Under the pieces are notes generated by a model, which had not been told where the DNA came from, did no database searches, and saw nothing but the letters and a program-made list of their open reading frames with translations. From positions 1 through 64,000 of IMG/VR virus record IMGVR_UViG_3300032136_000002: DNA of 64,000 nt, one strand, 5' to 3'. The DNA comes from a virus. Both the position numbers and the translations under genes were made by a program. Shown here piece after piece: positions 19,106-27,450 of this stretch (position 1 is the first letter of the stretch; each line of letters starts with the position of its first letter).

Positions 19106-19576
19106 CTATGCGCGGCTCATGAGCACCCGTAGGTACCCGCCGTTGTTCGCTGCAATTTGGATCACGTGGCCCATGACCTGCTCACCGCCGGCGGCGTGAG
19201 TTTTGAACCCGCTCTTGTTCGTCAGGCTGGCCGCGGCATTGGTGACCGTGGCTTGCATGAGGACCGCGCCCAATGCGGGGGCAGCGGCGTTGTCGAACAC
19301 CAGCGTGTCGAACATCATGGCATCGACGCCGATGACCGTCACCGAGCTGATAGCCTGCACGTCAGCGCGACCAGCGCTGTCGATCAGACACCAACTGGGC
19401 TTGGTATCGTCCGTCGCCCGGATGAGCTTGCCCGCCGAGTCCAGCTGCAGCAGCTCGCCCATCACCAACGGATTGGCGTTGGAGGGCTGGAGCAGGGTGG
19501 GGTCGGCAACCGGCCACACGATTCGGTCTCGCGACTGAATCGGAGTGACCACCTTCCACGTCTCTTTCGTCGCCAT
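19106..19576 (-). CDS. head decoration/cement protein
   Basis: 156 aa immediately upstream of the MCP; GELLQLDSAGKL beta-tulip-like pattern. Confidence 0.6.
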   Translation of the reverse strand: MATKETWKVVTPIQSRDRIVWPVADPTLLQPSNANPLVMGELLQLDSAGKLIRATDDTKPSWCLIDSAGRADVQAISSVTVIGVDAMMFDTLVFDNAAAPALGAVLMQATVTNAAASLTNKSGFKTHAAGGEQVMGHVIQIAANNGGYLRVLMSRA

Positions 19577-19629
19577 CTCTTCAACCTCATAGTCGAAAAA
19601 GTCCTAATGCACTGCTGCTGGTGCGCCCT

Positions 19630-20007
19630 CTATTCCAGACCCTCGAGAATGTAGCTTTCGAGATCGTTACGGGCGTTACCCGGCGTTACGTCCATCAACT
19701 CGCCGAAGGGGCGACCCGTGGGGCTCATGCCGACGGCTTCCTCAATCACATCCAACTTCCCTTCGGCCGCCTTCTTCTCGAGCAGACCGATGCAGTCATT
19801 CAGGTTCCGACTCGCGTCGAGCCCCTTGCGCTGCATTTCACCGGCGAGTTTTTCGATGCGCTCACGTCGAGCGATCTTGGTGTGCTCGCCCTCTGCCCGA
19901 AGAGCCCGGTCGCGCCAATACTGACGCTCTTGCGCCAACTTGCGCAGCGTGCCCGGCACCTCAGTGAGGACGGCAGCGATCTTCTCTGCACTTGTTTTGC
20001 TGATCAT
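19630..20007 (-). CDS. scaffold-like protein
   Basis: Helical; RKLA, EKLA and EKKA motifs. Confidence 0.55.
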   Translation of the reverse strand: MISKTSAEKIAAVLTEVPGTLRKLAQERQYWRDRALRAEGEHTKIARRERIEKLAGEMQRKGLDASRNLNDCIGLLEKKAAEGKLDVIEEAVGMSPTGRPFGELMDVTPGNARNDLESYILEGLE

Positions 20008-20014
20008 GTCTCCC

Positions 20015-21244
20015 TCACATCATTGGGTTGCCGCCAGCCGGCGAGGGCTCGACGGTGGACGGGACATTGGAGGCTCCAGGAACGCTACCGTTTTGGGCCT
20101 CTTTCTCAGACGCACCTGACTTGGAATCGAGGCGAGACGCGACTCTGCAGAACTTGCACTCCCCTTTCTCAAGGCCTTCCTGTTCACAGGTACAGCCCTC
20201 GGAGGCAATCTTGCTGATCAGTGCCCGAGCTGCGGCGATTTTGAGCTTCCGCTCACTCGCGATCTTCGCCCCGGCTTGGTCAACAACTTGGGCTCCCAAA
20301 GTCTGGTCCAATGCCTTATCGGTAGAGCGGGTCAAGGCCTTCTCACTGAGCAGAGCCGCGAGGTCCTGCTTTGAAAGAGCCTTGGCCTTCCGTTTGGTCA
20401 GATTCAGAGCAGCCTCGTTGGAGGCGAGCATGGCCCGCTGTCCTTCAGCTCCCGCGGCGAGCGGGGCGTTGAGTGGACGGTCCTCTGGCAAGACCGCACT
20501 CTTCGAGGCACGGATGTTGGTCTTGGCGTTGTCCTCCGCATACTTCTGATGCATGGCGGCGACGTACTCTTGGAGCGACCCCGTTTTGGCTTTCGCCCCA
20601 CGCTCTTTGCCCACGTACTTGTGGATGTCCCCGAAAGACATGGAACTGGGGTCTTTCCCTGTCGCCTTTTGGTAACGAGAGAAAGCCCCCTTGAGCTCCG
20701 GACTCTTGGGGTTCTGCGCGAGGACATCAGCTAAGGCCGCTTGTTTGGCCTGAGCAGCCTCATTGGTCGCCATGGCGGCAGGAGCATTCTCCTGCAGCAC
20801 CTTCTCTTGAGCAGGGTGGGTCGGGATCTTGGCCCTGGCCTCACCAAAGTTGGACGGCGCCGACTCCGCCTGCTGCTTCACATTGGTGGGCATCTGAGTG
20901 GCGTTCTCAGGGGCCCCTTCCATGGCCGTGACTATCCGGCCGACCGAAGACTGGTCGCCCTGGAGCAGGACGCGGACCACCTCTTCGATGGCACTGGCCA
21001 TCTTCTCCACACGGTCCCGGTCGGTGTCCTCCGACTCAGGGTTGTCCTGACCGCCGCCTTGGGCCTTTTCTTCCTTCTCGGCCTCGCGCTCGGCCTCATC
21101 TTTCGACTTGCGAGAGGGGGCTTTGCTTTCGCCTTGAGCTTCTGCCGATTCATCCATCTCATCGGCTGCTTGGGCGATCTTGCTCAGCGCCTGCCCCTCT
21201 GCGCCAGCCAAGACCCCATCGATCATCTGTTGGAGCGTGAGCAT
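20015..21244 (-). CDS. scaffold-like K-x-A motif protein (409 aa); first six codons and RBS appear to be a recoded replacement
   Basis: About 8 KxA motifs; a second copy of its 5' end lies at 21562-21579. Confidence 0.7.
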   Translation of the reverse strand: MLTLQQMIDGVLAGAEGQALSKIAQAADEMDESAEAQGESKAPSRKSKDEAEREAEKEEKAQGGGQDNPESEDTDRDRVEKMASAIEEVVRVLLQGDQSSVGRIVTAMEGAPENATQMPTNVKQQAESAPSNFGEARAKIPTHPAQEKVLQENAPAAMATNEAAQAKQAALADVLAQNPKSPELKGAFSRYQKATGKDPSSMSFGDIHKYVGKERGAKAKTGSLQEYVAAMHQKYAEDNAKTNIRASKSAVLPEDRPLNAPLAAGAEGQRAMLASNEAALNLTKRKAKALSKQDLAALLSEKALTRSTDKALDQTLGAQVVDQAGAKIASERKLKIAAARALISKIASEGCTCEQEGLEKGECKFCRVASRLDSKSGASEKEAQNGSVPGASNVPSTVEPSPAGGNPMM

Positions 21245-21319
21245 GCGTGTATCCTTTCAGAAACACAGAGGAAACATGGGTGCTGACGCTTCCCGTGCTT
21301 CCGCCAAGTTACTTTCCGT

Positions 21320-21581
21320 TGCGAAGCTCCCAGCTTTTGCTACAAAGCCGCTGGGGGCCGGGCGGGCCCTTTCAGTACGTGGAGAGACGGTAAGACAGCA
21401 CCGGGGCTCTCCCTCGGGGTTGCTCGTTTCGTTGAAGCGTGAACCATCTTGGAAAGAGCGGGCGATAACCAAGCCCACTCCACCCAAGAAGCCGCTTTTT
21501 TGATGGAAGCGGTGGACGCCAAGTGCGCCCCCGCCACCAACCAGAAGGCGGTGGACGTCAACTGCTGTAGCGTGAGCATGC
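21320..21581 (+). ncRNA. stand-alone TnpB omegaRNA scaffold with duplicated 3' end and two guides
   Basis: Scaffold GCTGGGGGCCGGGCGGGCCC...GGAGAGACGGTAAGACA...GAAGCGTGAACCATCTT shared with the 269-bp elements; repeat GCGGTGGACGYCAA at 21509-21522 and 21548-21561; promoter-like TTGCGA-N16-TACAAA. Confidence 0.75.
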
Positions 21582-21591
21582 ATTTCCATTC

Positions 21592-21879
21592 TCACACCCG
21601 CACGGGTGGCGGGGGCACCATGTGGGCCCCCGCCACCACCGAGTTGTCCGGTTGCACGACTTCTGTGTTTGGAACGGTGTAGTTGGTCTTCTGCAGGTTG
21701 GTCTTGGAGACCACCTTCCCAACAAGCTGCTTAGACGTAGTGGGTTTGGACGGATTGCTTTGCATCCGTTTCCCATCCCCTCCAGGGTTGGGAGGGCTGA
21801 TGATTGAGGGGTGTGAAGTGTACGCTGCAATCTTCAGCAGCTCCTCAACCATCGCCCGATAAAAGACCGGCGTGATCAC
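21592..21879 (-). CDS. small K-x-A motif internal protein
   Basis: N-terminal FYRAMVEELLKIAA. Confidence 0.7.
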   Translation of the reverse strand: MITPVFYRAMVEELLKIAAYTSHPSIISPPNPGGDGKRMQSNPSKPTTSKQLVGKVVSKTNLQKTNYTVPNTEVVQPDNSVVAGAHMVPPPPVRV

Positions 21880-21882
21880 GAT

Positions 21883-22191
21883 TCACCCGTTACGCCGCTT
21901 CCTGATTGCTTTTCCTGCCCCGTAGACGCCGATCCCCAGAGCGGGTAGCCCAACAGCGGCAGCAACGCCCGGGGCAACGTCTTTCACAATCCGTTTCCCA
22001 CGACGTTCCGCTTCGCGACGGGACACACCGAGTAGGCCTTCCCGCGTGGCATGTCGCCGCCCTAGAGCGCGGTACACCCCACCTAAGACAGCGTTCTTCT
22101 CCAATGTCTCAGCGCGCAGGAGAGGCTGATCGCTTACAGCGATCTTCTCAAGTTCATCGATCATCGCGTTATAAAACACCGAGTAATCCAT
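21883..22191 (-). CDS. small K-x-A motif internal protein
   Basis: FYNAMIDELEKIAV...LEKNA; C-terminal hydrophobic helix plus basic tail. Confidence 0.7.
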   Translation of the reverse strand: MDYSVFYNAMIDELEKIAVSDQPLLRAETLEKNAVLGGVYRALGRRHATREGLLGVSRREAERRGKRIVKDVAPGVAAAVGLPALGIGVYGAGKAIRKRRNG

Positions 22192-22200
22192 GAGCTGCTC

Positions 22201-22971
22201 CTAGTACCATTCAACCGGGTAACCCATCTCTTCGAGCAGGCCGAGAGCGGCTGCGTCGACGTCGTGAGCTGTCTTCTCTGCGTACTCCGGAGCCAGGAGG
22301 TCTCCGTCGTCCGTCATGAGGCCGGCGGCGGCCAGATGCTCGGCAGCCCGCTCATAGACGGCTTCGTCGAAGCTCTTCTTGTTCATGTCGGACAGCTTTT
22401 TGCCGCCGTAGGCAGCGGTGCCCAAAGCCGCGGCAGCACCGGCACCGACGCCTACCTGCTTGGCGCGACGCTTGATGATCTCTTTGCCGGCTTCACGCCA
22501 GACCGGAGAGTTACCCTCGAGCGCAGTGCTCACTCCGGCTTGACGGAGCTTTTTTTGCCCTGCTCGACGACCCACCACGTTGGCGAGGCGGCCGGGGAGG
22601 TCTTTCACCGCAGCGCCGACGTCTTTCAGACTGACCTTGGCCTCTTTGCGGATGGCATTGACCAAGGGGTTGCCCATGCTGTACTCGGCGACTTTCTGGA
22701 TGCCGCGAAGTTCAGCCACGAACGAGTGAGCCATGACCTGGCCAGCGTACTTGCTGTTGGCAAACATTTGCTCGTCATCGCTGGCGACCTTGGTCACACC
22801 TTCGAGCTCGCTCATCGCCTCGATGATTTGCTCGTCGGAGAGCTGACTCACGTCGATGTCGTAGGCCTCAGCGATTTTCTGGAGCAGCTCCAGGCTGGCA
22901 GTCTTGTCGAGTTCTTCTTCGGTGGGTCCAGTGTCGAGCGTGCCGAACATCTCGGCCAGAACAGGGTCCAT
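22201..22971 (-). CDS. scaffold-like K-x-A motif protein
   Basis: DKTA, QKIA, TKVA, QKVA, RKEA and EKTA motifs; RBS GGAGG. Confidence 0.7.
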   Translation of the reverse strand: MDPVLAEMFGTLDTGPTEEELDKTASLELLQKIAEAYDIDVSQLSDEQIIEAMSELEGVTKVASDDEQMFANSKYAGQVMAHSFVAELRGIQKVAEYSMGNPLVNAIRKEAKVSLKDVGAAVKDLPGRLANVVGRRAGQKKLRQAGVSTALEGNSPVWREAGKEIIKRRAKQVGVGAGAAAALGTAAYGGKKLSDMNKKSFDEAVYERAAEHLAAAGLMTDDGDLLAPEYAEKTAHDVDAAALGLLEEMGYPVEWY

Positions 22972-23058
22972 ACTTGCCTCCAATCGATTTTTCCAACTGC
23001 GTGTTTAGGCAGCGAAAAAAGCGATCTTTGAGACAAGTCCTGTCTCTACGCTTTGCTC

Positions 23059-23955
23059 CTAGTCGGCTTCGAGCTGTTCGCGCTCTAGCCCTGATGTCGT
23101 AGGACGGGCGTCCAATGCTTTCGATACCGGCTCAGACAAGTGAGCTCGGTTGAAGTACATGGACGGAAACATCCCAAAGACTGATTGAAGCACACGTCCC
23201 TTTTGATCCGCAAGAGGGTCGTCAACTTGATCGGGTGCATCAGGCCCGCAAACCCGCTCAACCATTGAGGGATGGTCACGGAAAAGGAATTGAACAAGAC
23301 GGGGAAGGACTCGCAAAAGTCGCTGGCGATATCCAGCGTAACCGTCCGCGAGTTGATCCATGCAGGGGTGATCAATAGGTCGGTCACCCATATCAGATTT
23401 GGGTTTGGCCACGATGACAATGCGCGTGACTCGCCGCTTCAGTGGGGGGTAAAGGCCGCTACGCCCCTCTATCAACGGGGCGAGGTGCTCTAATAACGAA
23501 TCCCTTCCTGACAGTGGGCTAAAAGGAAAGATGTCGTTACCAGGCCCGCCCCGCGGCCGAAAGCACTGCCCCCGGCCCTCGAGCTCGTCTGCCAGCCCAC
23601 GATGGCCGGCTGAGCACAGGCTCATCCTCTGGTACTCCCGAGGCTTGAGCACCATGCCCAGTGAGCCCATGCTGCCCATCGCCTCCCCGGGACACTTGGC
23701 CATCTCGGCCAAGGTCTCTTTGTCCAGGTCTGGCTCCTCACTGTTGAGCGAGGGTAGGGCCCGGTGAAAGTGACTCTGGATGCGCTTGATGATTTCGGCC
23801 CGCTTGCGCAGGTCCATCTCAGCCTGCTTGCGCTTCTGATTGAAGTAGGCCGTCAGCTCCCGTTCAGCCTTCGCGTCGTCGAAGTCACCGCTGGTGGCAG
23901 AGCCACCCTCGAACTCTGGAAACGCAGGGTTCTGCGCCTTTTTACACTCGGCCAT
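23059..23955 (-). CDS. hypothetical protein, protease-associated
   Basis: Directly follows the protease with its own AGGAGG RBS. Confidence 0.65.
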   Translation of the reverse strand: MAECKKAQNPAFPEFEGGSATSGDFDDAKAERELTAYFNQKRKQAEMDLRKRAEIIKRIQSHFHRALPSLNSEEPDLDKETLAEMAKCPGEAMGSMGSLGMVLKPREYQRMSLCSAGHRGLADELEGRGQCFRPRGGPGNDIFPFSPLSGRDSLLEHLAPLIEGRSGLYPPLKRRVTRIVIVAKPKSDMGDRPIDHPCMDQLADGYAGYRQRLLRVLPRLVQFLFRDHPSMVERVCGPDAPDQVDDPLADQKGRVLQSVFGMFPSMYFNRAHLSEPVSKALDARPTTSGLEREQLEAD

Positions 23956-23963
23956 GGGGCCTC

Positions 23964-24872
23964 CTAGAGGGACAGGGATTGAGTAGAGCCGAAGGCACAG
24001 TCATGGCACCCCCCGCGGCACTGCTGCTTCTCTGGCCGAAGAGGACACTGGCCGGCCAGCTTGGCCAGGATGTAGCTGGTCTTGTCGGCGCCGATGAACA
24101 CGACCGAGAGGTCAAAGAAGCGGGGGTGCAGGTTCCACATGAACACCTTGCGGCCGTCAGGATAGATCTTGCCCCGCTCGAACATGAGCTGCGAGGAGTA
24201 ATCGGAAGTAGTAACCGACAACCCTCGAATGGGTTTGCGTCGGTGCTCAGCCAAATCTCTGCGAAAGTTCCCTGTTATTCTCGACCAGTCTGTGGTGATG
24301 CTACACAGGTCATAGGGAACTCGGGCACCCATGCTAACTGACGGGAATTGCCCGCTCTCGAGTTTGTCTATGACACCGTCTGCCCCTTCGAGACGTGCTT
24401 TGTTCCTGTCGAAAGCGCAGATGAGAAGGACCCTCTTCATTAGCGGGTCCCAATACGAGTATTCGATAGACCCAAAAGCTCGTTTAGGGTCTTGGTTTTT
24501 ATGATGTTGGAAAACGTTCGCGTTATAGAAGGTGGGGTACCCCCACTCCCACTTGGCCCCCATCGCCTTCTGCATGCGGTGGCTCATCCCGTACCACCCC
24601 TGCGGTACATGGATGAGAGCAGCTTCCGGGAAGTAGTCTCCGTTGCTGTTACTGCCGTAGTACTCCCCCGCCCCAAGCGCCGAGATGAGAGTGAATATCT
24701 TACCCGGGTCCGGGGCCAATGAGCGGAGGAAAGAGCGGAGGTGCTCTTGTGCCGGCCCCGAAGCCTCCCCCTGTTTGATGAAACCGGGGCCTTCACCATA
24801 GCCCGGGTGAACGAGCTGGAAGAGGCCGCCCTGGTTGGGGTCGACAATGAGGTGGCAGCGCTTTTCGATCAT
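23964..24872 (-). CDS. prohead maturation protease
   Basis: NSNGDYF, FQHHKN (His), VSMG (Ser) and FFDLSVVFIGAD: HK97/herpes-type protease motifs. Confidence 0.75.
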   Translation of the reverse strand: MIEKRCHLIVDPNQGGLFQLVHPGYGEGPGFIKQGEASGPAQEHLRSFLRSLAPDPGKIFTLISALGAGEYYGSNSNGDYFPEAALIHVPQGWYGMSHRMQKAMGAKWEWGYPTFYNANVFQHHKNQDPKRAFGSIEYSYWDPLMKRVLLICAFDRNKARLEGADGVIDKLESGQFPSVSMGARVPYDLCSITTDWSRITGNFRRDLAEHRRKPIRGLSVTTSDYSSQLMFERGKIYPDGRKVFMWNLHPRFFDLSVVFIGADKTSYILAKLAGQCPLRPEKQQCRGGCHDCAFGSTQSLSL

Positions 24873-26173
24873 CTGAAGGCCGCACGCGCTCGAGCTAAGT
24901 TGGCTTGACGCTCTTGCTCTTTTTGAGCTTGGCCCACGTTAGCGGTAGCTCGTTGTTTCCCAGTTTCTTGAGCAAACGCTTTTTGCTCGAGCAGGCTGCT
25001 AGCCGACGCCGCCGTAGACTGTTCAGCTTGGAACCTCCCCATCTGCTGAGCAAACGCTTTGGGCTGTTCAAAACTTTGCCCTTGGCGAAGCTTTGCCCGA
25101 TTCATCCGAAGCTCATGCCGAGCTCGCGCCTTGTCCGTAGCTACGGCCTTGGTAATCTCACCTGGCATCAACGCTTGCTGCCGGGCTACATCTTGACCGA
25201 TCTGAACCGGGCCAAGAGCTTGTTGCCGACGAATGAACTCTCCCGTCCGGCGCCGCTCGCCTTCAGCCAGGTCTGCAACCTGAAGACCTCCAGGAGCCAT
25301 CCGACTCCCGTACGTGAACGCTGTATCCCCACGGGCTCGGTCACGGGCGGCCATGAGGTTGCCGATGTCCTGCGTGGTCACCTGCCCCATCTCAGCCACC
25401 CGGTTGACGAAGGAGCTGGCCACCAACGGGTCCTCAGCCATCTCAGGGTTGAACTTGTGGAGGGTGTTGTAGGCCATCTCCACCCGCTTGCGGTCCATCT
25501 TCTTGAGGCCAGGGTTGGCTTCGACCATAGCTTTGTAGCCACGGGCTCGACCGATGGCGTTGGAGGCCTTGTCGTAGATGGCGTCTAGCCCCTTCATGCC
25601 GGCGCCTACAATGAGGCTGGCCCCAGCGAGAGTACCCATGCCCTTCAGCGTGGAGCCGAAGGCCTGACGAAACCCTTGGCCGGCAATCTGCTGACCCACC
25701 ATTGGAGCCGCCGCCGCCATGACGGGGTCGATGGCTGCTTGCTTTTTCTTTTGCTTTTTGGCTTTGGCTGCCGCCTCTTCTTCTTGTTGAATCTTGTGGC
25801 GCTCTCTCCCCGCAGCTATCAACCCCCCGCCTGTGCCAGCAATGTCAATAACACCAGGGAGGACGTACCTGCCCATGAAAGGGCTGTGGAGAGCCAACGC
25901 TGATTCGTGAATCCCACCAGCAACGGCTCCCTTGGCCGCGCCTAATCCACCCTCAGCCAAGGCTCCAATAGCCGCTCCCTGAGGTCCGCCAGCTGCAGCT
26001 CCGCGAATTCCGCCTCGCACCGCGCCCAAAACCCCTCCACCAAGAGCCCCGCCTTTCATCGCAGCGATTTGAACACGGGGGTCATACTTTATCGGAGGTT
26101 CCGCTGGACGGCGTTCCGCCAGTTTTTGCTTCCGCTCGTTCTCGAAATCGAGGAACTCGTCGATGGCACCCAT
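24869..26173 (-). CDS. K-x-A motif internal/ejection protein with glycine-zipper helices
   Basis: Gly-rich hydrophobic segments; YNTLHKFNPEMAEDPLVASSFV. Confidence 0.6.
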   Translation of the reverse strand: MGAIDEFLDFENERKQKLAERRPAEPPIKYDPRVQIAAMKGGALGGGVLGAVRGGIRGAAAGGPQGAAIGALAEGGLGAAKGAVAGGIHESALALHSPFMGRYVLPGVIDIAGTGGGLIAAGRERHKIQQEEEAAAKAKKQKKKQAAIDPVMAAAAPMVGQQIAGQGFRQAFGSTLKGMGTLAGASLIVGAGMKGLDAIYDKASNAIGRARGYKAMVEANPGLKKMDRKRVEMAYNTLHKFNPEMAEDPLVASSFVNRVAEMGQVTTQDIGNLMAARDRARGDTAFTYGSRMAPGGLQVADLAEGERRRTGEFIRRQQALGPVQIGQDVARQQALMPGEITKAVATDKARARHELRMNRAKLRQGQSFEQPKAFAQQMGRFQAEQSTAASASSLLEQKAFAQETGKQRATANVGQAQKEQERQANLARARAAFR

Positions 26174-26532
26174 TAGATGAACCTCTGCGTGTAGGGGTCG
26201 TAGTAATTGCGCGTGGCGTACTGGCGAGCCTTGAACTGGTCGTACTTGCCCTTCATGTAGCGGCCAGCCCCTGCATGGTGAAGTGCCCCAGCCCCAATCA
26301 AGTAGGGGGACACTCGCACGAGGCCGCCGACGGCAGCTCCTCGAGCTCCACCACCGGCCGCACGAGAGGCGGCCTGCCCCGCTCCCTTAGCCCCGGCGTC
26401 GACGACGCGGGCGACGTGGCCGGGCAACCGCCCAATGGCGCCCAGTACACCACCTACGGCCTTGGCCTTACTCGCCTCCTTGTGGAGCAAGTACAGCCGG
26501 CCGAGCTCAGCCAAGCGCTCAAACTCATTCAT
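26173..26532 (-). CDS. small K-x-A motif internal protein
   Basis: LHKEA followed by a G/A-rich basic helix; translationally coupled on both sides. Confidence 0.6.
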   Translation of the reverse strand: MNEFERLAELGRLYLLHKEASKAKAVGGVLGAIGRLPGHVARVVDAGAKGAGQAASRAAGGGARGAAVGGLVRVSPYLIGAGALHHAGAGRYMKGKYDQFKARQYATRNYYDPYTQRFI

Positions 26533-27371
26533 CAGGCCACCTCGCTTCGCAGTTGCTTGCTGACGTCTTTGATCTTCTCCCCAACATACTCCAGGGCAGC
26601 AGCAATTTTGAAGCGCTCAAGCGCGGCCTTCTCGAAAGCGAAGAAGGATTGGACAAAGGGGTGCTTCGTCCGCACCAGGTATGCGTGCTTGCTCAGGGCG
26701 ACACCGTCGTCAACGTCTACACCTCGAGCGGCCCAGTCCTCTTGGATGTGCCGCATCGCGATCTTGGCCATTCCCTCGATGTGCTGCACGCGGCCGAGCG
26801 CACGGGCTACATCGACAGACGAACCACCATCTTGGACCAGCTGACGGGCCTGCTTGCACAGGTCGAAAGCCGCCGTGTCGTACTCGTGAGAGGCGTCACG
26901 GTACGCGTCGGCGAAGTGGTCGTTCATACGACGCAACTCGATCCACTGCTGTTGAGCACGCTTCTCGATCATCTTCGGTGGCTGTTGCTCTGCTGCTGCC
27001 TTCTCTTGCGCGAAGATATCCCCCGCCGAATCCATGCCCGGAAGATATCGATCACCTTGAGGGCCAGCCATGACTCCATGGTCCATGCTGAGCTCCTTGA
27101 GCACTTGAGAAGGATCAGCCGGGCCGCCCGGGAAGCAGACGACTCGGTGAGACCCCTCCGCAGTTTTGAACATCGTTTGGAAAGTCTCGTTGTTCGTAAA
27201 CTCAATCACTCTGCGGACTTGCTCGTGGTTGAGCTTACCATGCCACCGAGCGACCTTGACCACCGCATCACTCAGCGGTATGCCCGAATGAAGGTGCAGG
27301 TGACTGGCCTTCTTGCCCAGCTCCTGAAGCTCCCTCGGGTCTACAAGACTCCCCTCCTTACGGTGGGGCAT
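26532..27371 (-). CDS. K-x-A motif head assembly protein
   Basis: About 8 KxA motifs; LNHEQVRRVIEFTN. Confidence 0.6.
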   Translation of the reverse strand: MPHRKEGSLVDPRELQELGKKASHLHLHSGIPLSDAVVKVARWHGKLNHEQVRRVIEFTNNETFQTMFKTAEGSHRVVCFPGGPADPSQVLKELSMDHGVMAGPQGDRYLPGMDSAGDIFAQEKAAAEQQPPKMIEKRAQQQWIELRRMNDHFADAYRDASHEYDTAAFDLCKQARQLVQDGGSSVDVARALGRVQHIEGMAKIAMRHIQEDWAARGVDVDDGVALSKHAYLVRTKHPFVQSFFAFEKAALERFKIAAALEYVGEKIKDVSKQLRSEVA

Positions 27372-27450
27372 CGTCTTCGCTCCTATAGCTCCTGAGCCCT
27401 TCATGGCGTTACAGGTGCTTAGATACACTTGTTTGTCAAGATAGCACGAG

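Noticed and set aside
21506-21561. Canonical CRISPR array
   Set aside because: Only two ~14-18-nt repeats derived from an IS right end and no cas genes; reported as an omegaRNA mini-array instead.
23955-23966. Frameshift or readthrough joining the protease to the next ORF
   Set aside because: The downstream gene is in a different frame with its own AGGAGG RBS and ATG.
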